Part shown: piece by piece, positions 26,281 to 35,696 of the stretch
Numbering within the stretch: position 1 is the stretch's first letter
Layout: every line of letters begins with the position of its first letter
Made by a program: the position numbers and the translations under genes
Assembly: GCA_964620145.1 (NCBI GenBank)
Contig: CAZUGR010000001.1
Span: 73 to 64,072 of the forward strand
Length of the DNA: 64,000 nucleotides
Source: an uncultured Candidatus Saccharibacteria bacterium
Lineage (GTDB): Bacteria; Patescibacteriota; Minisyncoccia; Phycocordibacterales; UBA1006
Direction: 5' to 3'
The notes under the pieces: model-generated
Databases searched by the model: none
What the model was told of the DNA's origin: nothing
What the model saw: the letters and a program-made list of their open reading frames with translations, nothing else

Positions 26281-29200
26281 ATTTTTTACCTTTATTATTT
26301 GTATTACCACTTGTACTGTTGTTTCCATAACTTCCTGTACCCATATTTTGATTTTGAATATGTGTTGATACAGTTGCTGCACGTGCTCCAGTGAAGTCTG
26401 GAATAATGCTACCTCTTTGGGCATTTTCTGCAGCTGTATTCATCGTTCTGTATAATTCTTTGTTTTGATTGGCAACTGTTTGTGCTAAATCAGCTTTGGT
26501 TTTTCCAATAAATCTTTCGGTGTCGTCGACTCGATGTTGTTGATTTGTTATATATTTCTTCTTCTCTTCTTTGATAGCATTTAACATTGAGTTGAGGTGG
26601 CCCATACCAGTCACTTCTTCAAATACTTCTTTCAAATCCTTCTCAACTTTCTTGATATCATCGAGAGTTTTCTTTTCTTTGTTTATTTTTTCTTGAATTT
26701 TATCTGCTTCGATACTATTTTTACCATATTCTTTTTCTACGGATGTTTTTTGTTTTTGAAGTTCTGAAACTTTCTTTTCTTGCTCTTTTGTTTCTCCTTG
26801 TGCTCTCTTGTAATCTCTTCCACTGTCAGTATTTTCCGCTGCTATTTTATCGGCGTTAATTTGCTCTTCGGCTTCTATTAATGTGTAGTCTTCATATGCT
26901 AGATATGAATGAAGTTTATCTTCTTCTTTTTCGAGATTAGTTTTTGCTTTTTCAAGATCTTCTCGAGTTTTCGAAAGGTCGAGAGCTTTTGTTTCTAATC
27001 TTGTTTTTTCTGCCAACTTGTCATCTTGTGTTTTTGCAGTTTCGGTTGCAACTTTTTGAACATTTTCTGCATTTTTGAGTTTTGTTTCAATTTCTTTTTC
27101 TTGTTTCTTTAATTCTGCACTGTGTCCATAACCTGCAGTTTTTTGTTTTTCTCGATTGTCTGCGAGTTCTTTTTGGATATTTCCAACATCTGTATCTGCT
27201 TGCGTCTTGTTTCTCATTGCATCATCATAAGCACTTTGGTTGAATCCGAGATTCATAAGGTCGGTATTGTTTTGTGCAATATCAGTATTTACCTTATTAA
27301 TATCAGTATTTATTTGGTCAATAGCAAGTTCGTTCGCTTCGAGTTTAGCAGTAACATTGATAGTATCAACAACCAGTTGATTATTTGCTTCTGTTTTGAT
27401 GTTGGTTTCTTCACTTGCTTTTGCTTGTTCTGCTGCCTCAAGCATTTCTTCTTGGCCTTTGCGTTCTTTTGCGTGTACTTCTGCCATATCAGCTGCAAGT
27501 GCGTCTGCGTTCGCTTTTTTGCGATCTTCGTTCCATTGAACAGCTGCAGTGGTAGCTTTATCAAGATTTTCACGAATACCTCCTTCTTTTTTGAATCCTC
27601 CTTCTTTTTGTTGGAATTTATCACCAAGGTCAATTTTTTCACCCATTGCCCCAGTGAATTTGCTAAATCCTTTCATTGCTGATGGGCTATTACGCACATC
27701 GAATGTTGCAGCACCCATTCCTTTTCCTGCATTGCGGAGCATTCGAGCACCTGCACCAAAGTATTTATTATTTTCTGCATTCATAAGTCCTTTACTGTTT
27801 CCAATTGCATTACCAGCTCTTCCGAGTGTTTGTCGTGCAAGGAGTGCGGTTCCGCCTGTTGCGGCTCCGAGAGCTACACTTGTTGCCATTCCAGAAGCCT
27901 TTCCAGCTAGTTCTCCAATCTTTCCAGACATTTTATAAGCAATTGTTTTTCCTTGAACAAGGATAAAAGTAGAAGCTAGTAAAGGAAGCATAGTTGAAAT
28001 AATTGTATATACAGCATTAGCTTCACCTCCACCAGAAGATGTTCCAGAAATAGTTCCGAGACTTCCAATTCCCATGACTGTAATTGCAAGATAAACAAAG
28101 AATAAATAAATAGGAGCAAGAAATGCTAGATTTGCAAAATTTTTAAGCCAATTTTGAAAGCCTATATAATCATCATTCTCTATAAAAGGTATTGCCCAAG
28201 AAACAAATGCTAGTGGCGAAAGAATCATTGAGAGCCAAAGTCCAACTATTCTTCCTAACCAAATAAACATCATTGAAACAAAGAGATAAATAAGTACAAA
28301 ATATACAAAAAATGTTGCAACACCTAAAGCAAGATAAGTAACATACGCACCTTTTGTATCTTTTGTAATATCTGCATTAGTAATAATTTGTTGCGGGTTA
28401 GTATTCTCAACAATTCCAAATGATACAGATTTAATATCATTACTCTTCAAGAAAGAAGCCATTGCTCCTTTGTCGGGCATTGTAATAGTTATTTTATTGT
28501 AGAGAAGATGCGAAAATACATCTGCGGTTTGTATAATCATTCGACAGAAAAATAAACTAAAGTTTACCAAGAGTGCCATAATAATTACACGAGTCACTAC
28601 TTTTTTTGGATCGAAATTTTTTCCACCAACATTTGTCTTGTTGAGAATTAACATGAATGCCGAAACAAAGAGTGCAAAGATGAATCCAATATTTGCAAAG
28701 TCTCGTATAATCACCCATCCAGAATAAATCATTTCACCAATACCTGTTTCATAACTTTTTCCATAAGTAGCAGGATTAATAGCAAGTTTCAAGAAAAAAT
28801 CAGACAGGACTCCTACAATAGTTGCAACAAAATTTGGAACAAGTCCTAATAAATACACAGTAAATTGAACAAGATTACAGAGAAGGTTTGTCCATTTACA
28901 TTCAAGTCCACCTTCGGTTATTTCTTCGTTTGTATTTGCTTGTTCTTGCTGTACTACAGTATTTTCTGTTGAATTATATCTAAAAGTTGATATGGCATAC
29001 CATTCTCTACGACCATCTGTTTCACTTTCTGCTACCATGATGGCATAAAGCTTTTCTGGGTCGAACTTTTTGATGTTTTTATTCGGAAAAAACTCTTTTA
29101 TAGTTTGAGGTGTATTGTATTTTATAGTATTATATTTTCCCTCTGTAAAATCCGGCGCATCATCAATTGGTTCCCATTCGCTTCCCTTATATTCAGTTAA

Positions 29201-29515
29201 GTTAGGATTCGCTACCTTTGCTTCTAATAAGTAAACTTTCATATCATTTGAATAGTTACTTACATTTTCAGTGCTGCCATCATTTTTTATGAAGTTTACT
29301 GTAAATTCAAATAGGATGACATCTTTCCCTCGTTGGTTTTGTATTTTTACAGAAAGATTACTATATTCAATTTTGTCAGCTTCAGCTGCTTCAGTTTTTT
29401 TAATGATAGATTTGACTTGTGTTCCATCTCGATCTTTGTTCAACAAAAAAGTCACTGGTGAAAAAACTCCAGTAAGGATAATGAACATCATCATGAACGC
29501 GAGAAATTTTCGCAT
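26279..29515 (-). CDS. Giant polytopic membrane protein: secreted N-terminal domain + VirB6/TrbL-like multi-TM core + Gly-rich segment + roughly 450-aa coiled-coil tail
   Basis: 1078 aa. Signal/TM at the N-terminus, about 8 hydrophobic helices between roughly residues 210 and 530, and a long heptad-like K/E/Q-rich C-terminus (e.g. INTDINKVNTDIAQNNTDL repeats). Confidence 0.6.
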   Translation of the reverse strand: MRKFLAFMMMFIILTGVFSPVTFLLNKDRDGTQVKSIIKKTEAAEADKIEYSNLSVKIQNQRGKDVILFEFTVNFIKNDGSTENVSNYSNDMKVYLLEAKVANPNLTEYKGSEWEPIDDAPDFTEGKYNTIKYNTPQTIKEFFPNKNIKKFDPEKLYAIMVAESETDGRREWYAISTFRYNSTENTVVQQEQANTNEEITEGGLECKWTNLLCNLVQFTVYLLGLVPNFVATIVGVLSDFFLKLAINPATYGKSYETGIGEMIYSGWVIIRDFANIGFIFALFVSAFMLILNKTNVGGKNFDPKKVVTRVIIMALLVNFSLFFCRMIIQTADVFSHLLYNKITITMPDKGAMASFLKSNDIKSVSFGIVENTNPQQIITNADITKDTKGAYVTYLALGVATFFVYFVLIYLFVSMMFIWLGRIVGLWLSMILSPLAFVSWAIPFIENDDYIGFQNWLKNFANLAFLAPIYLFFVYLAITVMGIGSLGTISGTSSGGGEANAVYTIISTMLPLLASTFILVQGKTIAYKMSGKIGELAGKASGMATSVALGAATGGTALLARQTLGRAGNAIGNSKGLMNAENNKYFGAGARMLRNAGKGMGAATFDVRNSPSAMKGFSKFTGAMGEKIDLGDKFQQKEGGFKKEGGIRENLDKATTAAVQWNEDRKKANADALAADMAEVHAKERKGQEEMLEAAEQAKASEETNIKTEANNQLVVDTINVTAKLEANELAIDQINTDINKVNTDIAQNNTDLMNLGFNQSAYDDAMRNKTQADTDVGNIQKELADNREKQKTAGYGHSAELKKQEKEIETKLKNAENVQKVATETAKTQDDKLAEKTRLETKALDLSKTREDLEKAKTNLEKEEDKLHSYLAYEDYTLIEAEEQINADKIAAENTDSGRDYKRAQGETKEQEKKVSELQKQKTSVEKEYGKNSIEADKIQEKINKEKKTLDDIKKVEKDLKEVFEEVTGMGHLNSMLNAIKEEKKKYITNQQHRVDDTERFIGKTKADLAQTVANQNKELYRTMNTAAENAQRGSIIPDFTGARAATVSTHIQNQNMGTGSYGNNSTSGNTNNKGKK

Positions 29516-29581
29516 ACTTACAAAAGATTATATCACTGTTTGTAATGATTGTGCAAGTAATTACTTATTTATTTTCAATTT

Positions 29582-29606
29582 AAAAAACACTCAATGAGTG
29601 TTTTTT
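29582..29606. terminator. A-tract/hairpin/T-tract between the 979-aa and 1078-aa genes
   Basis: AAAAAACACTCA-a-TGAGTGTTTTTT. Confidence 0.5.
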
Positions 29607-29614
29607 AATAAATA

Positions 29615-32554
29615 TTATCGTGAGATGAACGAATAGTTACTCGCTGTGTCGGTACTATAAATAATTGCTCGTACATCTACAGAACTAATTCGTGTCCAAT
29701 CAGTACTACAGGTAATTTCCTTTCCTCCATCAAGTGTTGAGTTAGGGAGAAAGGTAGTATTGAATAAGCGCTCCATTACAAAATTATTAGCATATTCTTT
29801 CAAGAAAGTATTGAGCCCACAAAATGCAGTATCTGTTCCTGTTTGAGGATCTTTTTTATCAAGAAGTTCCCAAATATTACGAGCAGGTTGAGATTGGTAT
29901 TTTTTTAGATATTCTTCTTGTTGTTGTGTAAGTGGACTATCCTCATCGTCTTCCCCATAATTTGGAGGAATTAACTCACTGCTATCATAACAAGTAATAG
30001 AAAGATTTATTTCTTGTACATTAGGACTTTTACAATCTGATATTCCAGATAATCGAAAATCATCGACATTAGCAATTGGATTTCTACTGAGTATTCCACC
30101 TAATAGTGGAGCTTCAATAGCATTTTTCATTTCAAGTGTTTTGAATCGAGTAATATTTTGCTCTAATACTTTTCGGAAATTTTCGTGAGCCTGAGGATCA
30201 TTCAATTGTGCTGGTCGATTATTTTTTGCAAGTTCTCGTAATGTATTACAATCATCTAGGAATTTTTGAGATTGATCTTTAATGATAGTTATTTGACGAA
30301 GAGCGTTCTCGGCTCGTTCTGCAGTATATGGAATAGAAACATCGTTCCGCAGTGCATAATATTCTGATCGAATTTCATTTTTGAAATTGAGGAATCTTTT
30401 TGCAGGTATTGTTTCGAGTGCTTGATTTGGGACAGTTGTTCCAATATTTACTCCTTCAGGCATTGTTTCTTGGTAGGTAGTAGATGGTCGATTCCATGAG
30501 GTACTAGCTGATTCAGTCATGTAATTTTCTGGATTTGCCCAAATTTTCCACGCATTAGCAATAACAAAATCTCGCTTGATTGTCTCTGTTGTTGTTCCTG
30601 TTGGTAATCCAGCCATGAGATGGGCAGTTGCAAGGACAAAATCTTGATCAGTTGTTGTCGGTTCTTTGGTAACTCCAGTAAATTCTTGTGCCCATTGAAT
30701 AAGTGATGCACGCTTTGCAGTACTGAGCGCAGTCCAGTCGCCTGCAGTGAGCGGTATATCAGACGAGACAATTCCTTGAGTATTAGTAGGTATCTGGAGG
30801 GCGGTTTTCTTGATCCAGTTGGTTGTAGTGGTCTTCCTTGTTGTATCAAGTCGATCCCACGACATATTGGTAAATGGGATATTTCTCGGCATGTCAGGAA
30901 AAATGGTATCCAAACTTAACATACTGGCACTAATCTTCCCTTCGATTGAATAGAGTTGATTGAGGGTAATTTGTTTTTTGCTTAATTCTGATTTTGCATC
31001 TTGGTATTGTTCTCGAATATTGGTAATAGTTTCAATATTTGCAAGCATGGCACCAGCAGCGGGAATATTTTGATTACTTGAGAGCATTGCCATATTCATA
31101 TATAATCGTGCAGATTCAATACTTGCATCAATATTGTCGAGCGCATTGTTTTTTCGGATGGTTTTCCATTCTTTACCTTTGTCTTTTCGTTTTTCAAGTC
31201 GTTTGGTTTGCTTGCTAACATATGCAGAGAATCGTTCAGCGTATCCATAGTCAGGACCAGGAATACATTGATCAAGTTCTGCAATAACTACAGAGAGGGA
31301 TCTATTTTTTTCATCTGTATTTGAAATTTGATCAAGGAAATTACGTATGTTATCAACCTCTGTTTGAGTTGCTTCAAGTGTCGGTTGGAATTCTTCGGAT
31401 AGATCTACAATAGTATTCGGAACTTGTGTCCATGGAATTGCTTGACCATTTGCTCCGACTAACTCTTCTGGCCCACCAACAGCGGCACGATTAGCTTGGA
31501 AATTTGCCTTAAGTGCAGTGATTCCAGAACTAATTGTGGTGTTTATCAATTGAAGTAGGATAGTTGCAACCATTTCCGCTAATTCGTCGCCAGCAGTGAG
31601 CGCATCTGCTGCTGAATTAAGTGCAGTTTCAATTCCACTGGTTACAAATGCTGCTGGATTGGTGATCATTTCTTGGAGGCATCGTCCATAATTTTCTCCC
31701 ATATCGATTGTTGTTCCGACAATTCCCATACCAACGTCCTTTTTCCCTTGTTTGATACTTGCTTCAAGTTGTTCGAGCTGAGTAACTTGAGGGTCTTCTT
31801 CTCTGGCGATGCCACGTGTAGGTTGTGCTCTGTCTGTCTGATTGAGTCCTCGTTTGGTTCTAATATCTTGAATTTGTTGTTTGTATTCTTTAAAATCCAG
31901 ATCACAAGTTCCTTGTGGTGTTGTTCCAGTACTGGTGAGTCTGAGTTGTTCCTCGGCAGTTTTTTGTGTGAGTCGTTCGTCGAGTTCCTGCTGTGCAATC
32001 ATTACTGATCCGAGACTTGAATTTGCAGGATTGAGTAATGCAAGCATTCCATCCCAACCGCCCACACTGGCATCAGTTGAAAATTCTGCGTGATTTGGTC
32101 CAATGACAGTATCGAGATTGAAACTATCTAATGCACTGCGTCCTGGTTTGGAAACATTGCGTTGTGTTGATTGAATAATGTTTTTGGTGATTTGGGATGC
32201 GTATGGGTTTTTTGAAGCTCCGATATCATTCACGAATCGATCAATCTGTTCAGCTCGTAGATTAACAAAATAATCACTAAAATTTTGAATGAAACTAGTT
32301 TGCGAACTATCACCACTGGCTCCACCATTTGCTTTGTTGAGAATTTTGTTCGAAATTTTTGCACTCAGTGTATTGGTTAGCATGTAAGCAAGACCATCAA
32401 GTCCGTATTCTTTTATTACATCCATATAGTTTAATGTTGTATTTTGAACGTCACTAACAGGAACACCTTGCGCAAGACTAATTTGCGGGGCAAGGATACT
32501 TGTTATTATAGTGATTGCAATTATTTTTTTTGTTTTAAGAAAAAAAGTATTCAT
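29615..32554 (-). CDS. Large secreted hypothetical protein of the secretion cluster
   Basis: 979 aa. Signal peptide IITSILAPQISLAQG. No TM afterwards. No recognised domain. Confidence 0.55.
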   Translation of the reverse strand: MNTFFLKTKKIIAITIITSILAPQISLAQGVPVSDVQNTTLNYMDVIKEYGLDGLAYMLTNTLSAKISNKILNKANGGASGDSSQTSFIQNFSDYFVNLRAEQIDRFVNDIGASKNPYASQITKNIIQSTQRNVSKPGRSALDSFNLDTVIGPNHAEFSTDASVGGWDGMLALLNPANSSLGSVMIAQQELDERLTQKTAEEQLRLTSTGTTPQGTCDLDFKEYKQQIQDIRTKRGLNQTDRAQPTRGIAREEDPQVTQLEQLEASIKQGKKDVGMGIVGTTIDMGENYGRCLQEMITNPAAFVTSGIETALNSAADALTAGDELAEMVATILLQLINTTISSGITALKANFQANRAAVGGPEELVGANGQAIPWTQVPNTIVDLSEEFQPTLEATQTEVDNIRNFLDQISNTDEKNRSLSVVIAELDQCIPGPDYGYAERFSAYVSKQTKRLEKRKDKGKEWKTIRKNNALDNIDASIESARLYMNMAMLSSNQNIPAAGAMLANIETITNIREQYQDAKSELSKKQITLNQLYSIEGKISASMLSLDTIFPDMPRNIPFTNMSWDRLDTTRKTTTTNWIKKTALQIPTNTQGIVSSDIPLTAGDWTALSTAKRASLIQWAQEFTGVTKEPTTTDQDFVLATAHLMAGLPTGTTTETIKRDFVIANAWKIWANPENYMTESASTSWNRPSTTYQETMPEGVNIGTTVPNQALETIPAKRFLNFKNEIRSEYYALRNDVSIPYTAERAENALRQITIIKDQSQKFLDDCNTLRELAKNNRPAQLNDPQAHENFRKVLEQNITRFKTLEMKNAIEAPLLGGILSRNPIANVDDFRLSGISDCKSPNVQEINLSITCYDSSELIPPNYGEDDEDSPLTQQQEEYLKKYQSQPARNIWELLDKKDPQTGTDTAFCGLNTFLKEYANNFVMERLFNTTFLPNSTLDGGKEITCSTDWTRISSVDVRAIIYSTDTASNYSFISR

Positions 32555-32558
32555 ATAA

Positions 32559-33485
32559 TTATCGATTAAGGAGATTAATTGATTCGACCGTTTGATTTAC
32601 TACATTCAAATTTTTTTGAAATGCAATAAATGATGCATACAGTAATGAACTATCGTTGGGGTTAATTTGATTACTTCCTAATATTTTATTTGCACGCGAG
32701 AGTCCATTCACGAGATTCAAATGTAAATTTGCAAAAGTCATCGGAACAGGAGTTTGTATCATCCTTGTTGTTGATTGATTGAGTTTCATTTGAAAGGTTA
32801 CTAGGTTTACATTTTTTTTACCTGTAAAAAATGTTTTGTATATTTCTTGGATGGTATCTTCTTTGAGACCAAGAGAATTATAAAGTGCTGTAATAGTATT
32901 CTGATAAGATTTAAATGCTGCATCAGAATTATCAATAATATCGAGATCATTATAACTATATGTTCCAGACTGTTGATCAATTGAATCTGCAAGATCAAGG
33001 ATTTCTTTGGTGGTTGCTGCTTGAACTGCCTCATTAATATTTTCCCCAACTGGATCAGAGAGGAGTCGTTGATAAATATTAAGGGCGAGTTTGTCATCAG
33101 TAGTTACAATACTTTCTGTATTTTTAGTTACGAGATCGCGGATACCTTCTGGAATTTCACTTGGCTCATTATAAATAAAAGGATCAGTTCCAATAAGTGT
33201 TTCTTGCCAATCAGCAAGACCGTCTCCATCAGAATCTTTATCGATACTCAATGGTGTAGTAATTTGAGCTACTTCGGTGTTTGTTGTTCTTGCTACCAAT
33301 GAATTTACCGTGTCTGATTTTTTAATCATGTAAACAAGAACTTTCATAGGTTCCCATGCAAGATAAATACCGAGTACAATAATTAAAATAAAAATTACTC
33401 GTCTTATTTTTGGGCTTGGTAAATATTTTTCCCAAGAACGATACGCGGAAGGTATTATAGTTGTTGGTTGTTCGTAATCATTCAT
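32559..33485 (-). CDS. Membrane-anchored protein with a thrombospondin-type-3-like Ca-binding motif
   Basis: 308 aa. TM RRVIFILIIVLGIYLAW. DKDSDGDGLADWQETLIGTDP motif. The start lies 5 nt after the rsmA stop. Confidence 0.5.
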   Translation of the reverse strand: MNDYEQPTTIIPSAYRSWEKYLPSPKIRRVIFILIIVLGIYLAWEPMKVLVYMIKKSDTVNSLVARTTNTEVAQITTPLSIDKDSDGDGLADWQETLIGTDPFIYNEPSEIPEGIRDLVTKNTESIVTTDDKLALNIYQRLLSDPVGENINEAVQAATTKEILDLADSIDQQSGTYSYNDLDIIDNSDAAFKSYQNTITALYNSLGLKEDTIQEIYKTFFTGKKNVNLVTFQMKLNQSTTRMIQTPVPMTFANLHLNLVNGLSRANKILGSNQINPNDSSLLYASFIAFQKNLNVVNQTVESINLLNR

Positions 33486-33490
33486 AATTA

Positions 33491-34309
33491 TTATGTATTA
33501 GTATACACGATATTGGTAATAAAAATCCAGTCATCCAAAGTAACATCTTCGGCACGAATAGTATGAGATAGATTGCGTTCTGTAAAAATTGATAATAATT
33601 TTTCTCGACTTGCAATATCAGCATCAACAAGATTTTTCACAAGTACTTTTCTTTTGTGGGCAAATCCTGCGTGAATAATTTGAAAGAAAAGTTTTTCAAA
33701 ATTTTCATCAGGAAAATGTTTTTTGTTAATTGAATCAATTTTTATTACTGCGGAATCTACTTTCGGCGGTGGATTGAAATTTCCTCGAGCAACATGAGTA
33801 ATAAGTTTAGGTACTCCATATACTTTTACCGAAAGTGAGAGGAGTGATTCTTTTTTGTCTCGGGCTAAAATTCGTTCAGCTACTTCTTTTTGAATCAAGA
33901 GAATCATTTTCTTTGGTTGGTGTTGATTTTCTAGGAATTTCCGAATAATTAATCCAGTAATATTATAAGGAATATTTGCGGTAATAATATATCCATTGGT
34001 TGAATACTTGAGCATGTCTGCTGTATTGAAATTCAAAACATTATCTTGGACAAGTATTAATTTTTTATTATGCAGGTCATTTTCAAACTTTTCATTTAAG
34101 AGGGTTACAAGTTCGGTATCTTTTTCGATGGCGATGACTTTTCGAGCACGGGGAATTAATTTTTCAGTAATTGCACCAAGTCCTGGACCAATTTCGAGAA
34201 CGGTATCTTCTGGTGTTATTTCTGAAGCATCTACAATACGATTGATAACACGATTTGAATTGAGGAAATTTTGACCGAGAGACTTTTTCGGGATTACAGG
34301 AAGTGCCAT
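33491..34309 (-). CDS. rsmA: 16S rRNA (adenine1518/1519-N6)-dimethyltransferase
   Basis: 272 aa. SLGQNFL, VLEIGPGLGAIT, NIPYNIT motifs. Confidence 0.9.
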   Translation of the reverse strand: MALPVIPKKSLGQNFLNSNRVINRIVDASEITPEDTVLEIGPGLGAITEKLIPRARKVIAIEKDTELVTLLNEKFENDLHNKKLILVQDNVLNFNTADMLKYSTNGYIITANIPYNITGLIIRKFLENQHQPKKMILLIQKEVAERILARDKKESLLSLSVKVYGVPKLITHVARGNFNPPPKVDSAVIKIDSINKKHFPDENFEKLFFQIIHAGFAHKRKVLVKNLVDADIASREKLLSIFTERNLSHTIRAEDVTLDDWIFITNIVYTNT

Positions 34310-34428
34310 AATTCAATTATTATATCACTAAAAATAGAAAAAGACATAAAAAATCCTTATTTTCCTTTATTTTTTATTGAAAATTGACATATCGTATATA
34401 TTATTTGTAGTAAAAAGACATGGTTTAC

Positions 34429-34476
34429 GAGGAAAAACCTCTGTGCTACCATTAATGCAACAAGAGGTTTTTCCTC
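34429..34476 (+). promoter_or_regulatory. Perfect 14-bp stem hairpin in the 5' leader of the LysM/M23 peptidase gene
   Basis: GAGGAAAAACCTCT-(20-nt loop)-AGAGGTTTTTCCTC followed by TTTCC. Possible promoter TTGAAA(34377)-16-TATTAT(34399) upstream. Confidence 0.4.
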
Positions 34477-34573
34477 TTTCCAGTAAATGAAGCACGCTTG
34501 TCATGGTTGTATTCCTGTTTCACTTGTAAAAAATTATAAAAACATATATCAATAAGTTTTTTTGGTCGTTTTT

Positions 34574-35674
34574 ATGGTTTATTTTTCTACTTGGCTTATA
34601 AATTACTTTTCACAAAACACTCAATATTCTTTCCCTGTAAAGATTGTAAATAGTGTTATAATAATGATTTTAACGATTTGGTCTGTTTATCCAAGTCTTG
34701 TTTTTGCTGGTTGGTTTGGATTATCTGCATCTGCGCAAACAACACAACGAGAAACATCAATTCATCAATTACCTATATCGCAATCTCAAGAAAACTTCTC
34801 GCCACTACTCTTGGCTGTAAATAATCAAAAAAATGTGATTACAGACGATAGTGTTATTGCAACTTCTTTTTCTTTTGATGGATTTGATACGAGTTTGGCA
34901 GAAAATCCAAACCCTCGAGAAACAGTCACAAAATATACCGTAAAAGCAGGAGATACACTTTCTGGAATTGGGGAATATTTCAACGTTTCAACGAATACTA
35001 TTCGTTGGGAAAATGGTATGAACAGTAATAGTAATATTAAAATTGGTCAGACATTGGATATTCTCCCTGTAACAGGTGTACGACACACTATTCAAAAAGG
35101 TGATACTTTTGCAAAAATTGCTCGAACATATGATGTTGAAATAGAAGATATTACTATTTATAACAATATTGATGAAACGAAATTAATTCCTGGAAACAAG
35201 ATAATTATTCCAAACGGTATTAAAAAAGAAACTCAAACAATCAAAGAAAAAGCAACTTCAATAGGTACAAAAATCACTCAACCGAGTTCGAGCTCGTCGA
35301 ATAATGGATATTACATGCGACCTGCGAGTGGAAAAATCAGTTCATTGTTTGGACCAAGACAAGGAAGTTATCACTACGGTATAGATTTTGCAGCACCGAC
35401 AGGAACACCGATCGTGGCAGCTGCAAGTGGTACCGTTGTTAAAACGTCGTGTGGATCTGGATATGGAATTTGTTTGATTATTCAACATAATAACGGAACA
35501 CAAACACTCTATGCTCATGCGAGTAATCTGTTCGTAAGTGCGGGGCAAAAAGTAAAACAAGGAGAAAAAATTGCAGCTGTTGGTTCTACAGGAAGATCAA
35601 CAGGAGCACATCTCCACTTTGAAATTATTGAATCAAATGGAAAAAAGAAAAATTCTAATAATTTTTTCAAATAA
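34574..35674 (+). CDS. LysM-domain M23-family peptidoglycan endopeptidase
   Basis: Two LysM repeats (YTVKAGDTLSGIGEYF; HTIQKGDTFAKIARTY). M23 motifs HYGIDFAAPTGTPI and GSTGRSTGAHLHFEI. N-terminal TM segments. Confidence 0.85.
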   Translation: MVYFSTWLINYFSQNTQYSFPVKIVNSVIIMILTIWSVYPSLVFAGWFGLSASAQTTQRETSIHQLPISQSQENFSPLLLAVNNQKNVITDDSVIATSFSFDGFDTSLAENPNPRETVTKYTVKAGDTLSGIGEYFNVSTNTIRWENGMNSNSNIKIGQTLDILPVTGVRHTIQKGDTFAKIARTYDVEIEDITIYNNIDETKLIPGNKIIIPNGIKKETQTIKEKATSIGTKITQPSSSSSNNGYYMRPASGKISSLFGPRQGSYHYGIDFAAPTGTPIVAAASGTVVKTSCGSGYGICLIIQHNNGTQTLYAHASNLFVSAGQKVKQGEKIAAVGSTGRSTGAHLHFEIIESNGKKKNSNNFFK

Positions 35675-35696
35675 AAACAACCTTGTAAGGTTGTTT

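Noticed and set aside
27278-27312. Short tandem DNA repeat AATATCAGTATTTA (21-nt period), considered as a possible CRISPR or iteron
   Set aside because: Only two copies exist. They are in frame inside the coiled-coil tail of the 1078-aa gene and encode a repeated TDI(N/A)xxNTD peptide. No CRISPR-like array exists anywhere in the window.
27122-27938. Antisense ORFs inside large genes (27122..27682, 27549..27938, 23051..23365, 31673..32008, 33996..34274, 36109..36372, 55445..55894, 63300..63785 and similar)
   Set aside because: They are shadow ORFs opposite strongly supported genes. They have biased, low-complexity composition (Phe/Cys/Ser-rich) and no independent signals.
34405-34573. c-di-AMP (ydaO-type) riboswitch upstream of the LysM/M23 hydrolase
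   Set aside because: The context is suggestive, but I cannot find the conserved pseudo-twofold ACGGGG/CCCGA-type elements. Only a single long hairpin is evident. Retained merely as an unclassified structured leader.
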